From contig CAKQHZ010000002.1 of NCBI GenBank assembly GCA_934246625.1, forward strand, positions 191,356-223,355: 32,000 nt of DNA, written 5' to 3'. The notes beneath the pieces are model-generated. The model was not told the DNA's origin. It made no database searches and was given only the letters and a program-made list of their open reading frames with translations. Made by a program: the position numbers and the translations under genes. Positions 17,976-26,731 of the stretch are shown here, one piece after another. Numbering within the stretch: position 1 is the stretch's first letter; the number at the start of each line of letters is the position of its first letter. The stretch comes from an uncultured Alphaproteobacteria bacterium. GTDB taxonomy: Bacteria; Pseudomonadota; Alphaproteobacteria; Rs-D84; CACZYB01.

Positions 17976-20105
17976 TTAATGGTTTGTTTTTTCTTTTGAT
18001 ATGATTTCTTCATCACAGATTGGACAGTATTCGTGTTCACCTGCGATATATCCGTGTTTAGGGCATATTGAAAATGTTGGTGTTATTGTTATGTATGGAA
18101 CATGATAATTTTCAAATACCTTTTTTATAATTTGTTTTGCAACTTCGGTGTTGGAAATTCTTTCTGCCATATAAAGGTGAAGAACTGTGCCACCAGTATA
18201 TTTTGTTTGAAGCGCATCTTGAATATCCAATACTTCGAATGGGTCATCTGTATATCCTACAGGAACTTGAGATGAATTTGTGTAGTATGGAGCATCTTTT
18301 TTTCCAGCTTGGATAATATCAGGGAAAATTTTTGCATCTTCCTTTGCAAATCTGTAAGTTGTTCCTTCTGCTGGAGTTGCTTCTAGGTTATAAAGGTTGC
18401 CTGTTTCTTCTTGGAATTCAACCATTTTTGCACGAATGTGATCCAAAAAGTCAGATGCCATTTTTTGACCACGAGCATCTGTGATGTCGTATTCGTCGTT
18501 TGTAAAGTTTCTTATCATTTCATTGATACCATTTACACCAATTGTTGCAAAGTGGTTGCGAAGTGTGCCAAGGTATCTTTTTGTAAATGGATAAAGTCCA
18601 CCATCGATAAGTTTTTGAATTGTTTTTCTTTTGATTTCCAAACTTGTTTTTGCAAGTTCCATAAGAGAATCTAATTTATAATATAGTGCTTCTATATTAC
18701 CCTTATATTTATAACCAAGTCTTGCACAGTTGATTGTTACAACACCAATAGAACCTGTTTGTTCAGCAGAGCCAAATAATCCGTTTCCACGTTTTAAAAG
18801 TTCACGAACATCAAGGCGAAGACGACAACACATTGAACGAACATCTGTTGGTTTTAAATCAGAATTCATAAAGTTTTGGAAATATGGAAGACCGTATTTT
18901 GCAGTCATTTCGAATAATAGGTCTGCATTTTCACCTTCCCAAATAAAGTCATTTGTGATGTTGTATGTTGGAATAGGAAATGTAAATGGACGTCCCTTTG
19001 CATCACCAGAAGTCATAACTTCAATATATGCTTTGTTTATCATATCCATTTCTTTTTGAAGGTCGCCATAGGTAAATTCTTCTATTTCCTTTCCACCGAT
19101 TTTTGGGTGTTGTGGGGCTAAATCCTTTGGACATACCCAATCGAATGTAAAGTTTGTAAATGGAGTTTGGGTTCCCCAACGGCTTGGAACATTAAGATTG
19201 TATATAAGTTCTTGCATTTTTTGTTTTACATCTTTGTATGTCATATTATCAAGACGAACAAATGGTGCAAGGTATGTATCGACTGATGAAAATGCTTGTG
19301 CACCAGCCCATTCATTTTGAAGAGTTCCCATAAAGTTAACCATTTGACCAACTGCAGATGATAAGTGTTTTGGTGCAATAGATTCAACGTGTCCTGGAAC
19401 ACCATTGAAACCTTCTTCTAATAATGCACGAAGGGACCAACCTGCACAATATCCAGATAACATACTTAAATCATGTATGTGAAAGTCGCCATTTCTGTGT
19501 GCATCACCAATTTCCTTTGGATATATATATGAAAGCCAGTAGTTTGCAACAACTTTACCAGAGATATTTAAAATCATACCACCAAGAGAATAGCCTTGGT
19601 TTGCATTTTCATTTACACGCCAATCAAGTTGATTAAGGTATTCAGAGATTGATTTTTCAACATCAATTTTGATTTTTTCAGAATCACGGCTTTGTGCACG
19701 TTTTTCACGATATAAGATGTATGCTTTGGCGGTTTCATAAAAATTTGCATCAATAAGAACTTGTTCAATTATGTCTTGGACTTTTTCAATGAAAACGGCT
19801 TGGGTTCCATCATATTTGTGATTTAATACTTTGATTACATTATTTGTTAATTTTATAATTTGTTCAGGAGAGAAGGGAGTTGTTGCTTCGCCAGCAAGTT
19901 TTATGGCATTTTCGATTTTTTCAATATTAAAATCAACAACTTCCCCATTTCTTTTTACAATTTGTTTGATATTTAATTTTTCAATAGGTGTTAGATTTAT
20001 GATTTTTTCGTTTTGTTGGTCAGTAGTTTTACACACTTTAGTCTCTCCTTTTTGATTCGTAAAAATATCATAAATTATTGATTTTTTACTATTTGTTTTT
20101 CCCAT
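17976..20105 (-). CDS. nrdD: Anaerobic (class III) ribonucleoside-triphosphate reductase, catalytic chain lacking the glycyl-radical loop
   Basis: N-terminal ATP-cone (IVKRNGEVVDFNIEKIENAI...YILYREKR). NrdD core including SMCCRLRLD. C-terminus TPTFSICPKHGYIAGEHEYCPICDEE, then a stop. Confidence 0.95.
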   Translation of the reverse strand: MGKTNSKKSIIYDIFTNQKGETKVCKTTDQQNEKIINLTPIEKLNIKQIVKRNGEVVDFNIEKIENAIKLAGEATTPFSPEQIIKLTNNVIKVLNHKYDGTQAVFIEKVQDIIEQVLIDANFYETAKAYILYREKRAQSRDSEKIKIDVEKSISEYLNQLDWRVNENANQGYSLGGMILNISGKVVANYWLSYIYPKEIGDAHRNGDFHIHDLSMLSGYCAGWSLRALLEEGFNGVPGHVESIAPKHLSSAVGQMVNFMGTLQNEWAGAQAFSSVDTYLAPFVRLDNMTYKDVKQKMQELIYNLNVPSRWGTQTPFTNFTFDWVCPKDLAPQHPKIGGKEIEEFTYGDLQKEMDMINKAYIEVMTSGDAKGRPFTFPIPTYNITNDFIWEGENADLLFEMTAKYGLPYFQNFMNSDLKPTDVRSMCCRLRLDVRELLKRGNGLFGSAEQTGSIGVVTINCARLGYKYKGNIEALYYKLDSLMELAKTSLEIKRKTIQKLIDGGLYPFTKRYLGTLRNHFATIGVNGINEMIRNFTNDEYDITDARGQKMASDFLDHIRAKMVEFQEETGNLYNLEATPAEGTTYRFAKEDAKIFPDIIQAGKKDAPYYTNSSQVPVGYTDDPFEVLDIQDALQTKYTGGTVLHLYMAERISNTEVAKQIIKKVFENYHVPYITITPTFSICPKHGYIAGEHEYCPICDEEIISKEKTNH

Positions 20106-20116
20106 TTTCTCTTTAA

Positions 20117-20132
20117 TTACAAGATATAGTAT
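20117..20132 (-). promoter_or_regulatory. NrdR box 1
   Basis: TTACAAGATATAGTAT versus the recalled NrdR consensus acaCwAtATaTwGtgt (12 of 16). It overlaps a possible -10 (minus-strand TATCTT 20121-20126) paired with TTGCAA 20144-20149. Confidence 0.6.
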
Positions 20133-20147
20133 TTTTTTTAATGTTGC

Positions 20148-20163
20148 AAACTATATTTTGTGT
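20148..20163 (-). promoter_or_regulatory. NrdR box 2
   Basis: AAACTATATTTTGTGT matches the consensus at 14 of 16 positions. The centre is 31 bp from box 1, the classic three-helical-turn tandem spacing. Confidence 0.65.
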
Positions 20164-20263
20164 TTTTTGTTAAAAAATTTTCTTGACGGTTAAAAATGTA
20201 GAAAAATCTTGAATTTATGGTATAATGATTTTGTAAAGTTATAAAAAAGAGGAGAAAACTGCG

Positions 20264-21109
20264 ATGAATTGGCTTTATTCTATCATGGGGTTTGTATGTT
20301 TTTTAAGTGTTTTTTGGGGTGTTTGGAGTAGCAAATATTTCCTTTCTAGCCCTAATTTCCAAGGAGTCGGTGGAATCCTTCCTCAAGATATGGCTTATAT
20401 GATTTTTGCTGTGATTATTCCTATTATTTTATTGTTGTTTGTTGGGATATTTTTATTTGTGGCGATTTCGAATCATACAAATAAAAATGTTTTGGTAAGT
20501 TTGCTTAATGGTAATAAATCACAAATGTCATCACTTCAAATCCTTTGTAAGTCATTGATAGAAGTAAGAAAACTTGGTTTTACGAATCAATTTTTTCTTA
20601 ATTTGCCGATTGTTTTGAATGATATTAGTGTTTCTCTTGCTGGAATCATTTCAAAAACGGGAATGGCTTCTGATATTGTGATTTTTGATGCTCTTAATAA
20701 AGAGGGGGATAATAGGCTTTATTCAATTTGTAAAATTATTTTGGATTTAAGGGAAAGCACTCCTCATTTTGATGAAAATTTACGTCGTAAGGTTAAAAAA
20801 GACGCTGTGATTGCTGGAAATATTGGAATTTTTTCTTCTAAATACAATAAATTATTAAAAGTCCTTAAAAATTATGATTTAGATGGCTTTATTTATTCTT
20901 TGATAGAAGAAGGTGAGCTTGGTAAAGTGCATAATATTCTTTCATCAGCAATTTATTCATCTGAAATTCCTGTAAAATCAATGGAAATAGAAGAAAATAT
21001 GGATAGTGTTTTTGAAGAGGTTGAGGAAAAGGAAGAAACAAGAGCAAAAGCAAATAAAATCAATCTTGAAGAGATTATGAAATTTGTTGATGAGGAAAGT
21101 GAAGAATAA
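20264..21109 (+). CDS. Hypothetical two-TM membrane protein with an acidic C-terminal tail (281 aa)
   Basis: GAGGAG SD. TM1 LYSIMGFVCFLSVFWGVW, TM2 MAYMIFAVIIPIILLLFVGIFLFVAI. Soluble domain, then an E-rich tail (EEVEEKEE...DEESEE). No family recognised. Confidence 0.75.
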   Translation: MNWLYSIMGFVCFLSVFWGVWSSKYFLSSPNFQGVGGILPQDMAYMIFAVIIPIILLLFVGIFLFVAISNHTNKNVLVSLLNGNKSQMSSLQILCKSLIEVRKLGFTNQFFLNLPIVLNDISVSLAGIISKTGMASDIVIFDALNKEGDNRLYSICKIILDLRESTPHFDENLRRKVKKDAVIAGNIGIFSSKYNKLLKVLKNYDLDGFIYSLIEEGELGKVHNILSSAIYSSEIPVKSMEIEENMDSVFEEVEEKEETRAKANKINLEEIMKFVDEESEE

Positions 21110-21164
21110 ATTCTTTGTTTTTTAAACTTGCAACTACTTTATTTATATAGTAGCTTTCTTTATT

Positions 21165-22589
21165 ATGGAAAAACAAAATTTAAAAAATATTATTGATAAA
21201 GGTTTGGCTGAGTATAAGGCTGGATTTGACCCAAAAATTAAATCCGATGTGATTGATAATATGGGATTGTCTGAAGATGTTATTAGGTATATAAGTAAAA
21301 AAAATAACGAATCAGATGTGGTTTTGAATTTCAGGCTTAAGGCTTATCATAAATGGAAGGAAATGATTGAACCTCATTGGGCATTGTTTGATTATGACCC
21401 TATCAATTATAATGATGTCTACTATTTTTCTCGTCCAAAGGTAGAAGATAAAGAAGTCGATGATAAGATTAAAAAAACTTATGATAAGTTAGGAATTCCT
21501 CTTTCTGAACAAAAAATGTTATTGGGACAGGCTGTTGATGCAGTTGTTGATAGTGTTTCAGTGAAAACAACTTATCGTGAGCAGTTGTCAGAGCTTGGCA
21601 TTATATTTTGTTCTATAAGTGAGGCATTAAAAAATCATTTTGATTTGGTGTGGAAATATTTTGCCTCTGTTGTGCCGATGGAAGATAATTTCTTTTCTGC
21701 TTTGAATTGTGCAGTGTTTAGTGATGGCACATTTGTTTATATTCCAAAAGGTGTAAAGTGTCCGATTGAACTTTCCAGTTATTTCAGACTTCAAACTGAA
21801 AAGTTGGGGCAATTTGAACGAACTTTGATTATTGCAGATGAAGGTAGTGAGCTTTCTTATTTGGAGGGGTGTTCGGCTCCTATTCGTGATAGTAATCAAC
21901 TTCATAGTGGTGTTGTGGAATTGGTTGCACTTCGTGGGGCAAAGATAAAGTATTCGACTGTGCAAAATTGGTATGCTGGTGATAAAAATGGAAATGGTGG
22001 TGTGTATAATTTTGTAACGAAGCGTGGTATGGCTTTTGATGATGCGGTTATTTCATGGACTCAGCTGGAAGTTGGTGCTGTGAAAACTTGGAAATATCCA
22101 TCTTGTATTTTAAAGGGTGATAGAAGTAAGGGCGAATTTTTTTCTGTGGCTATTACAAATAATTATCAAATGGCGGATACTGGCACAAAAATGATTCATC
22201 TTGGTAAAAATACTTCAAGCACCATTTTATCAAAGGGAATTTCTTTGGGACATTCAAAAAATGGTTATAGAGGTATGGTAAAGATTGCAAAGGGTGCATT
22301 GGATTCAAAAAATTACACAAAGTGTGATAACCTTATTATTGGTGATACTGCTTATTCTTTGGCATTACCAGAAATTACAAACTCAAATATGTCTTCACAA
22401 GTAGAGCATGAGGCTTCGGTTTCTTCGATTAGTGATGAACAATTATTCTTTTTACAATCTCGTGGGTTGACAGAGGAGCAGGCAACGGGTCTTATTGTGA
22501 ATGGTTTTTGTGGTGATATTATTAAACATCTTCCTGCGGAATTTGCAATGGAAGCAAAGGAACTTATCAATATAAGTATAGAGGGTTAA
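21165..22589 (+). CDS. sufB: Fe-S cluster assembly scaffold SufB
   Basis: Full-length similarity to SufB by eye (FRLKAYHKWKEM, YIPKGVKCPIEL, EGCSAP, KTWKYPS, EHEASVS.ISDEQLFFLQSRGL). Confidence 0.95.
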   Translation: MEKQNLKNIIDKGLAEYKAGFDPKIKSDVIDNMGLSEDVIRYISKKNNESDVVLNFRLKAYHKWKEMIEPHWALFDYDPINYNDVYYFSRPKVEDKEVDDKIKKTYDKLGIPLSEQKMLLGQAVDAVVDSVSVKTTYREQLSELGIIFCSISEALKNHFDLVWKYFASVVPMEDNFFSALNCAVFSDGTFVYIPKGVKCPIELSSYFRLQTEKLGQFERTLIIADEGSELSYLEGCSAPIRDSNQLHSGVVELVALRGAKIKYSTVQNWYAGDKNGNGGVYNFVTKRGMAFDDAVISWTQLEVGAVKTWKYPSCILKGDRSKGEFFSVAITNNYQMADTGTKMIHLGKNTSSTILSKGISLGHSKNGYRGMVKIAKGALDSKNYTKCDNLIIGDTAYSLALPEITNSNMSSQVEHEASVSSISDEQLFFLQSRGLTEEQATGLIVNGFCGDIIKHLPAEFAMEAKELINISIEG

Positions 22590-22590
22590 A

Positions 22591-23325
22591 ATGTTGGAAA
22601 TTAAAGATTTAAAAGTAAATGTTGATAATCAAGAAATTTTAAAGGGTGTTAATTTGGTTGTTGGGGCTTCTGAAACTCATATTATTATGGGGAAAAATGG
22701 AAGTGGTAAAAGTTCACTTTTAAATACTATTGTAAAAAATCCAAAGTATTTAGTTGTTGGTGGAAGTATTTGTTTTAATGGTGTTGATTTAAAGGATTTG
22801 TCCGTATCTGAAGTAGCAGATAAGGGAATTTTTTTAAGTTTTCAAAATCCACCTGCTATTTCTGGGCTATCTGTATCAACTTTGTTGAAATATTCTGTTA
22901 ATAGTGTGAAACGTGCAAATGGTGAAAAGCCTTTGTCTGCACCTGAATTTTTTAAAAAGTCTTCTGAATATTGTGAATTGCTTGAAATTCCAAATAGCTG
23001 GCTTAAACGAGAAGTTAATGTTGGGTTCAGTGGTGGTGAAAAAAAACGACTTAGTATGTTGGAAATGTTGTTTTTGGAACCAAAGTTGGCTTTGCTTGAT
23101 GAACCTGATAGTGGTGTTGATGTTGATAGTGTGAATATAATTCTTAAAGCTATTAGGTATTTACAAGAAAAGGGAACTTCTTTTGTTGTTGTTTCTCATT
23201 ATCCACAGCTTATTTCAAATATAAAACCTGAATTTGTGCATATTATGAAAGATGGGGTTGTTGTTAAAAATGGTGATTGTTCGCTTGCAGATTGGGTATT
23301 AAAAGAGGGGTTTGAAAATGTCTGA
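22591..23325 (+). CDS. sufC: Fe-S cluster assembly ATPase SufC
   Basis: Walker A GKNGSGKSSL, FSGGEKKR signature, LALLDEPDSGVDVD, VVSHY. Confidence 0.95.
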   Translation: MLEIKDLKVNVDNQEILKGVNLVVGASETHIIMGKNGSGKSSLLNTIVKNPKYLVVGGSICFNGVDLKDLSVSEVADKGIFLSFQNPPAISGLSVSTLLKYSVNSVKRANGEKPLSAPEFFKKSSEYCELLEIPNSWLKREVNVGFSGGEKKRLSMLEMLFLEPKLALLDEPDSGVDVDSVNIILKAIRYLQEKGTSFVVVSHYPQLISNIKPEFVHIMKDGVVVKNGDCSLADWVLKEGFENV

Positions 23326-24610
23326 TGTGAAACTTAATATTGTTAATGGAAAAGTTTGTGATGTGCCGTTTATATCAGATTATAAATCCTTGTCTGATTT
23401 AGGTTTTTATCCATGGATAGTTGCCTTTAAAAGGAATGGAATAGAGCATTATAAAGAACGTTTTAATAATAAATCTGTGAAATCAGAGATAAGTTCTTTT
23501 GTATCTGGGAATAAATTTTTTATTGGTGAAGAGAGTATTTTGCCTTCACTTAAAAACCTTATTAAATATAAAACTTTTGGTATAGAGGCATATACACTTG
23601 TCCTTATAAATGGAAAGTATGTTGCGGAAATTTCAGATGAAGATGATTTGCCATTTTCAGTGTATTCTGATGGGCTTTATAATTGTTTGATTGATAATCC
23701 AAACTTTTTAGAACACAGACTTATTGAAGGTGAAAATGTTTTTTCATCTCTTAATTCAGCATATTTGTATGATGGTTTGGTGTTAAAGGTGGCAAAGGGA
23801 GAACATCTTGACAAACCTATACACATAATTTCAATAAATATTTCTGATGATTTGGTTTGTTTTAATTGCCCAAGGATTTATATAGAATTAGAAGAAAATG
23901 CAAAGTTAGATTTGTTGGAATCTTCTTTGTCTTTTGATAATGATAAATTTTTTGAAAATCGAGTGTTGCAAGTTGAGCTTAAAAATGGTGCAGAGCTTAA
24001 TCATTATAGGTTTTATAATAATTCTGTTAATTCTTTGTTTGTGGAAAATGATTTTATTGAGTGTGGAGATATGGCAAAATATAATTCCTTTACATCATCT
24101 TTGAAATCAGGAATTGTTGAGGTTAACTATAATTTTAATATTTTAAATGGGTGTGAAGTTAATAGTTATACTTCGGTTTATTCGAATTCTGCTTCTGTGC
24201 AAGATTTTAAAGCAAATATTCATCATATTGGTTCAAATGCAAATTCAAATGTGGATTTTGTTGGTGTAAGTGATGATGAAAGTAAGATTTTATTTAAAAC
24301 AAATTTGAAAACTTCTAGGTTGCTTGAAAATATAAAAACGAATCAGTTATCAAAAATTTTGCTTTTAAGTGAAAAGTCCGCTGGTCAAATTTTGCCATTC
24401 CAAAATATTGGGTCGGAAAATGTTTCTGCGTTTCATGGTGCAGTTGTAAGTGGTATTAAAAAAAGTGATTTATTCTTTTTACAAACTCGAGGTATTGATG
24501 AATCTTTGGCACGTGAAATTATATATAAATCATTTTTATTGAGTGTGTTTTCAAATGTGAAAAATAGTCTAGTTTTTGACGAATTTGTTAAATTTTATTG
24601 GGATAATTAA
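23318..24610 (+). CDS. sufD: Fe-S cluster assembly protein SufD
   Basis: SufB/D beta-helix family with C-terminal HGAVVSGIKKSDLFFLQTRGI. ATG 23318 (AGAGGGG 8 nt upstream, 8-nt overlap with sufC) preferred to the track's TTG 23312. Confidence 0.9.
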   Translation: MSDVKLNIVNGKVCDVPFISDYKSLSDLGFYPWIVAFKRNGIEHYKERFNNKSVKSEISSFVSGNKFFIGEESILPSLKNLIKYKTFGIEAYTLVLINGKYVAEISDEDDLPFSVYSDGLYNCLIDNPNFLEHRLIEGENVFSSLNSAYLYDGLVLKVAKGEHLDKPIHIISINISDDLVCFNCPRIYIELEENAKLDLLESSLSFDNDKFFENRVLQVELKNGAELNHYRFYNNSVNSLFVENDFIECGDMAKYNSFTSSLKSGIVEVNYNFNILNGCEVNSYTSVYSNSASVQDFKANIHHIGSNANSNVDFVGVSDDESKILFKTNLKTSRLLENIKTNQLSKILLLSEKSAGQILPFQNIGSENVSAFHGAVVSGIKKSDLFFLQTRGIDESLAREIIYKSFLLSVFSNVKNSLVFDEFVKFYWDN

Positions 24611-24674
24611 CTTCTTGATTCTTAATATTTTTTTATTATACTAAACTTATTATAACTTATAATAATGGAGATTT

Positions 24675-25319
24675 ATGATGAAAAAATTTATGGCTTTGTT
24701 TATGACATTTTTTATGTTGTCATTTTCTGTGTTTGCAGATGACAGTGTTGCTGATGTTAAAGTTTATACACAAAATTTAATTGATGATGCGATTATAAAA
24801 ATTTTTAATAAGAATAATAAAACTTCTGCTGAAAGAATTCCTCCATTTCGAAAGGTGTTAAATGCAAATTTTGATTTTGATTTTATTGCAAATTTCGTTT
24901 TGGGTGTTTATGGTCGTGGTATGACAAATTATGAAAAGGATAATTTTATTAAGGAATTTGCCGAGCTTAATGTTTATACTTTTGTAAAAAAGTTTGCTGT
25001 GTATTCCGACCAACAAATAAAGGTTGTTGATGTGAAACAAGGTAAAAAAGAGGGACAATATTTTGTTTCAAGTAAAGTTATTTCTTCAAACCCAAGTGAT
25101 AAAGATTTTTCTGTGGATTGGCGTATTATGAAAGTTGGCGATACATACAAAGTTATTGATGTTATTATTGAAGGTGTGTCTATGGCTATGAGTTATAAAA
25201 ATGAGTATGCTCCTGTGTTAAAAACTGGTAAAGATGAAGGTAAATCACCAGTTGAGTATTTAACAAATAAGATTCAGGATAAAGTAATACAACTTAAACT
25301 TGAAGACACTTCAAAATAG
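24675..25319 (+). CDS. mlaC: MlaC/Ttg2D-family periplasmic phospholipid-binding protein
   Basis: Signal peptide MMKKFMALFMTFFMLSFSVFA. FDFDFIANFVLGVYGRGMT and YKVIDVIIEGVSMAMSYKNEY match MlaC hallmark regions. No mlaDEF genes nearby. Confidence 0.8.
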   Translation: MMKKFMALFMTFFMLSFSVFADDSVADVKVYTQNLIDDAIIKIFNKNNKTSAERIPPFRKVLNANFDFDFIANFVLGVYGRGMTNYEKDNFIKEFAELNVYTFVKKFAVYSDQQIKVVDVKQGKKEGQYFVSSKVISSNPSDKDFSVDWRIMKVGDTYKVIDVIIEGVSMAMSYKNEYAPVLKTGKDEGKSPVEYLTNKIQDKVIQLKLEDTSK

Positions 25320-25341
25320 TTGAAAAAATAATTTAATTTGG

Positions 25342-25378
25342 AATACTTTCCTTTTATTCTTTAGGAAAGTATTTTTTT
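25342..25378 (+). terminator. Rho-independent terminator
   Basis: AATACTTTCCT (25342-25352) / AGGAAAGTATT (25363-25373): an 11-bp stem followed by a T-run. Confidence 0.75.
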
Positions 25379-25387
25379 GGAGGTATT

Positions 25388-25930
25388 ATGAGAAAGTTTT
25401 CTTATTTATTGTTATTATTTCTTTGTGCTTGTAATCAACTTTTGCATGTGAAAGTTTATAAAGATGATTTCGTGCCAGAAAGTAAAGTTTTTTCATTAAC
25501 TGGAGATAAAAAGTATATGCCAGAGCTTCGTGAGGCATTGACTAATGCAGGATATACAGTTTTAAAGAATAATCAAGTAAGGACTATTACCAAAAATTAT
25601 AATGTTATTGAAGATGGTGATGTTGTAGAGGCAAAGGAAAAGTATTCAAATTATACTTCACAATATATAATTGATATTGTAAGAGTTAAAAATGTTGATA
25701 TATGTGCACTTAATCCTGCGGTTGATTATGTCGATATGGATATAGAAGTTTTTGATGCAAAAACAAATGAAGTTATTTTACTTATAAAATCAGGTGGAAG
25801 AACAGGTTTTTGTTTTGGAAGTCTTATTTCCCCAAATATATTTACTGGTGAAATTGTGCCTGCGATTGATAAAATGTTTAAAGATGCACCAACAAAAAAA
25901 TTGAAAAATAATTATAATTTTGATAATTAG
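25388..25930 (+). CDS. Hypothetical lipoprotein (180 aa)
   Basis: GGAGG SD. MRKFSYLLLLFLCAC with a lipobox-like LCAC. No family recognised. Confidence 0.75.
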   Translation: MRKFSYLLLLFLCACNQLLHVKVYKDDFVPESKVFSLTGDKKYMPELREALTNAGYTVLKNNQVRTITKNYNVIEDGDVVEAKEKYSNYTSQYIIDIVRVKNVDICALNPAVDYVDMDIEVFDAKTNEVILLIKSGGRTGFCFGSLISPNIFTGEIVPAIDKMFKDAPTKKLKNNYNFDN

Positions 25931-25931
25931 G

Positions 25932-26663
25932 TTATAGGTTTTCAAGATTTTTCCTTATGAAAGGAAAGTTTTTATTTTTTTCGTTGTATATGTGTTGTTC
26001 AAAAAAGAATGAAAGTATTTGTAATGCTTCCTTTAAATCAGCAAAGCAAATATCATCTATGGATAGATGTGTGTTTTTGTTCCAAATTTTTGGCATAGGT
26101 AAAAGTTTTGCCTTATATGGCTCGCCAGCAGAGGCACAAATGGCGTGTCCTGTTTTAGGAGAAATATAACAAAGGTTTTCTGTTGTTCCAGTGGCATTAC
26201 ATTTATCCAAAGTTAAAGCAAAGCCAAGGTGTGCCAATAAATTTTTTTCCCATACTATGTATTGAAGAAGTATATCTGTATTGCTTTGTATTGTTTCAAG
26301 ATTATCAATCAAAGTTTTTGTTTGATGATATAGTGTTGTATTGCTTTGATTTTCGGGCATTGAGTCGTATAGCAAAGTGCAAGCCGATGATAAAATTGAA
26401 AGTTTAAGTGGGTTATTAAAAAGGCTTGTCCCCAAAAGTTTTTCAGATTCAAATGAAAAGAATCCAAGTTGTTCTTCAAGTCGTGATTTCCAAATTATTT
26501 TGAAAAAGTTTCCGATTTGAAGGTAGGGCTTTTGTTTTTTGGAAATACCTCCCTTTATCAAGCCATTTGAAAGGCCGTGTTCAATAGTTATAAAGGTTGC
26601 AAGCAAATCTGTTTCGCCAAATTTTTTAATTGCTATTAAAATGCCTTTATCTTCCCATTTCAT
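25932..26663 (-). CDS. recO: DNA repair protein RecO
   Basis: N-terminal OB-fold pattern WEDKGILIAIKKFGETDLLATFITIEHGLSNGLIKGG...LQIGNFFKIIW. Central LAHLGFALTLDKCNATG zinc-finger-like region. Confidence 0.85.
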   Translation of the reverse strand: MKWEDKGILIAIKKFGETDLLATFITIEHGLSNGLIKGGISKKQKPYLQIGNFFKIIWKSRLEEQLGFFSFESEKLLGTSLFNNPLKLSILSSACTLLYDSMPENQSNTTLYHQTKTLIDNLETIQSNTDILLQYIVWEKNLLAHLGFALTLDKCNATGTTENLCYISPKTGHAICASAGEPYKAKLLPMPKIWNKNTHLSIDDICFADLKEALQILSFFFEQHIYNEKNKNFPFIRKNLENL

Positions 26664-26731
26664 AAAAATATTCCTTTGATTTTTTATTTTTTTATTATAG
26701 ACTTAATTTTATCTAAAATAAAGGGTAAATT

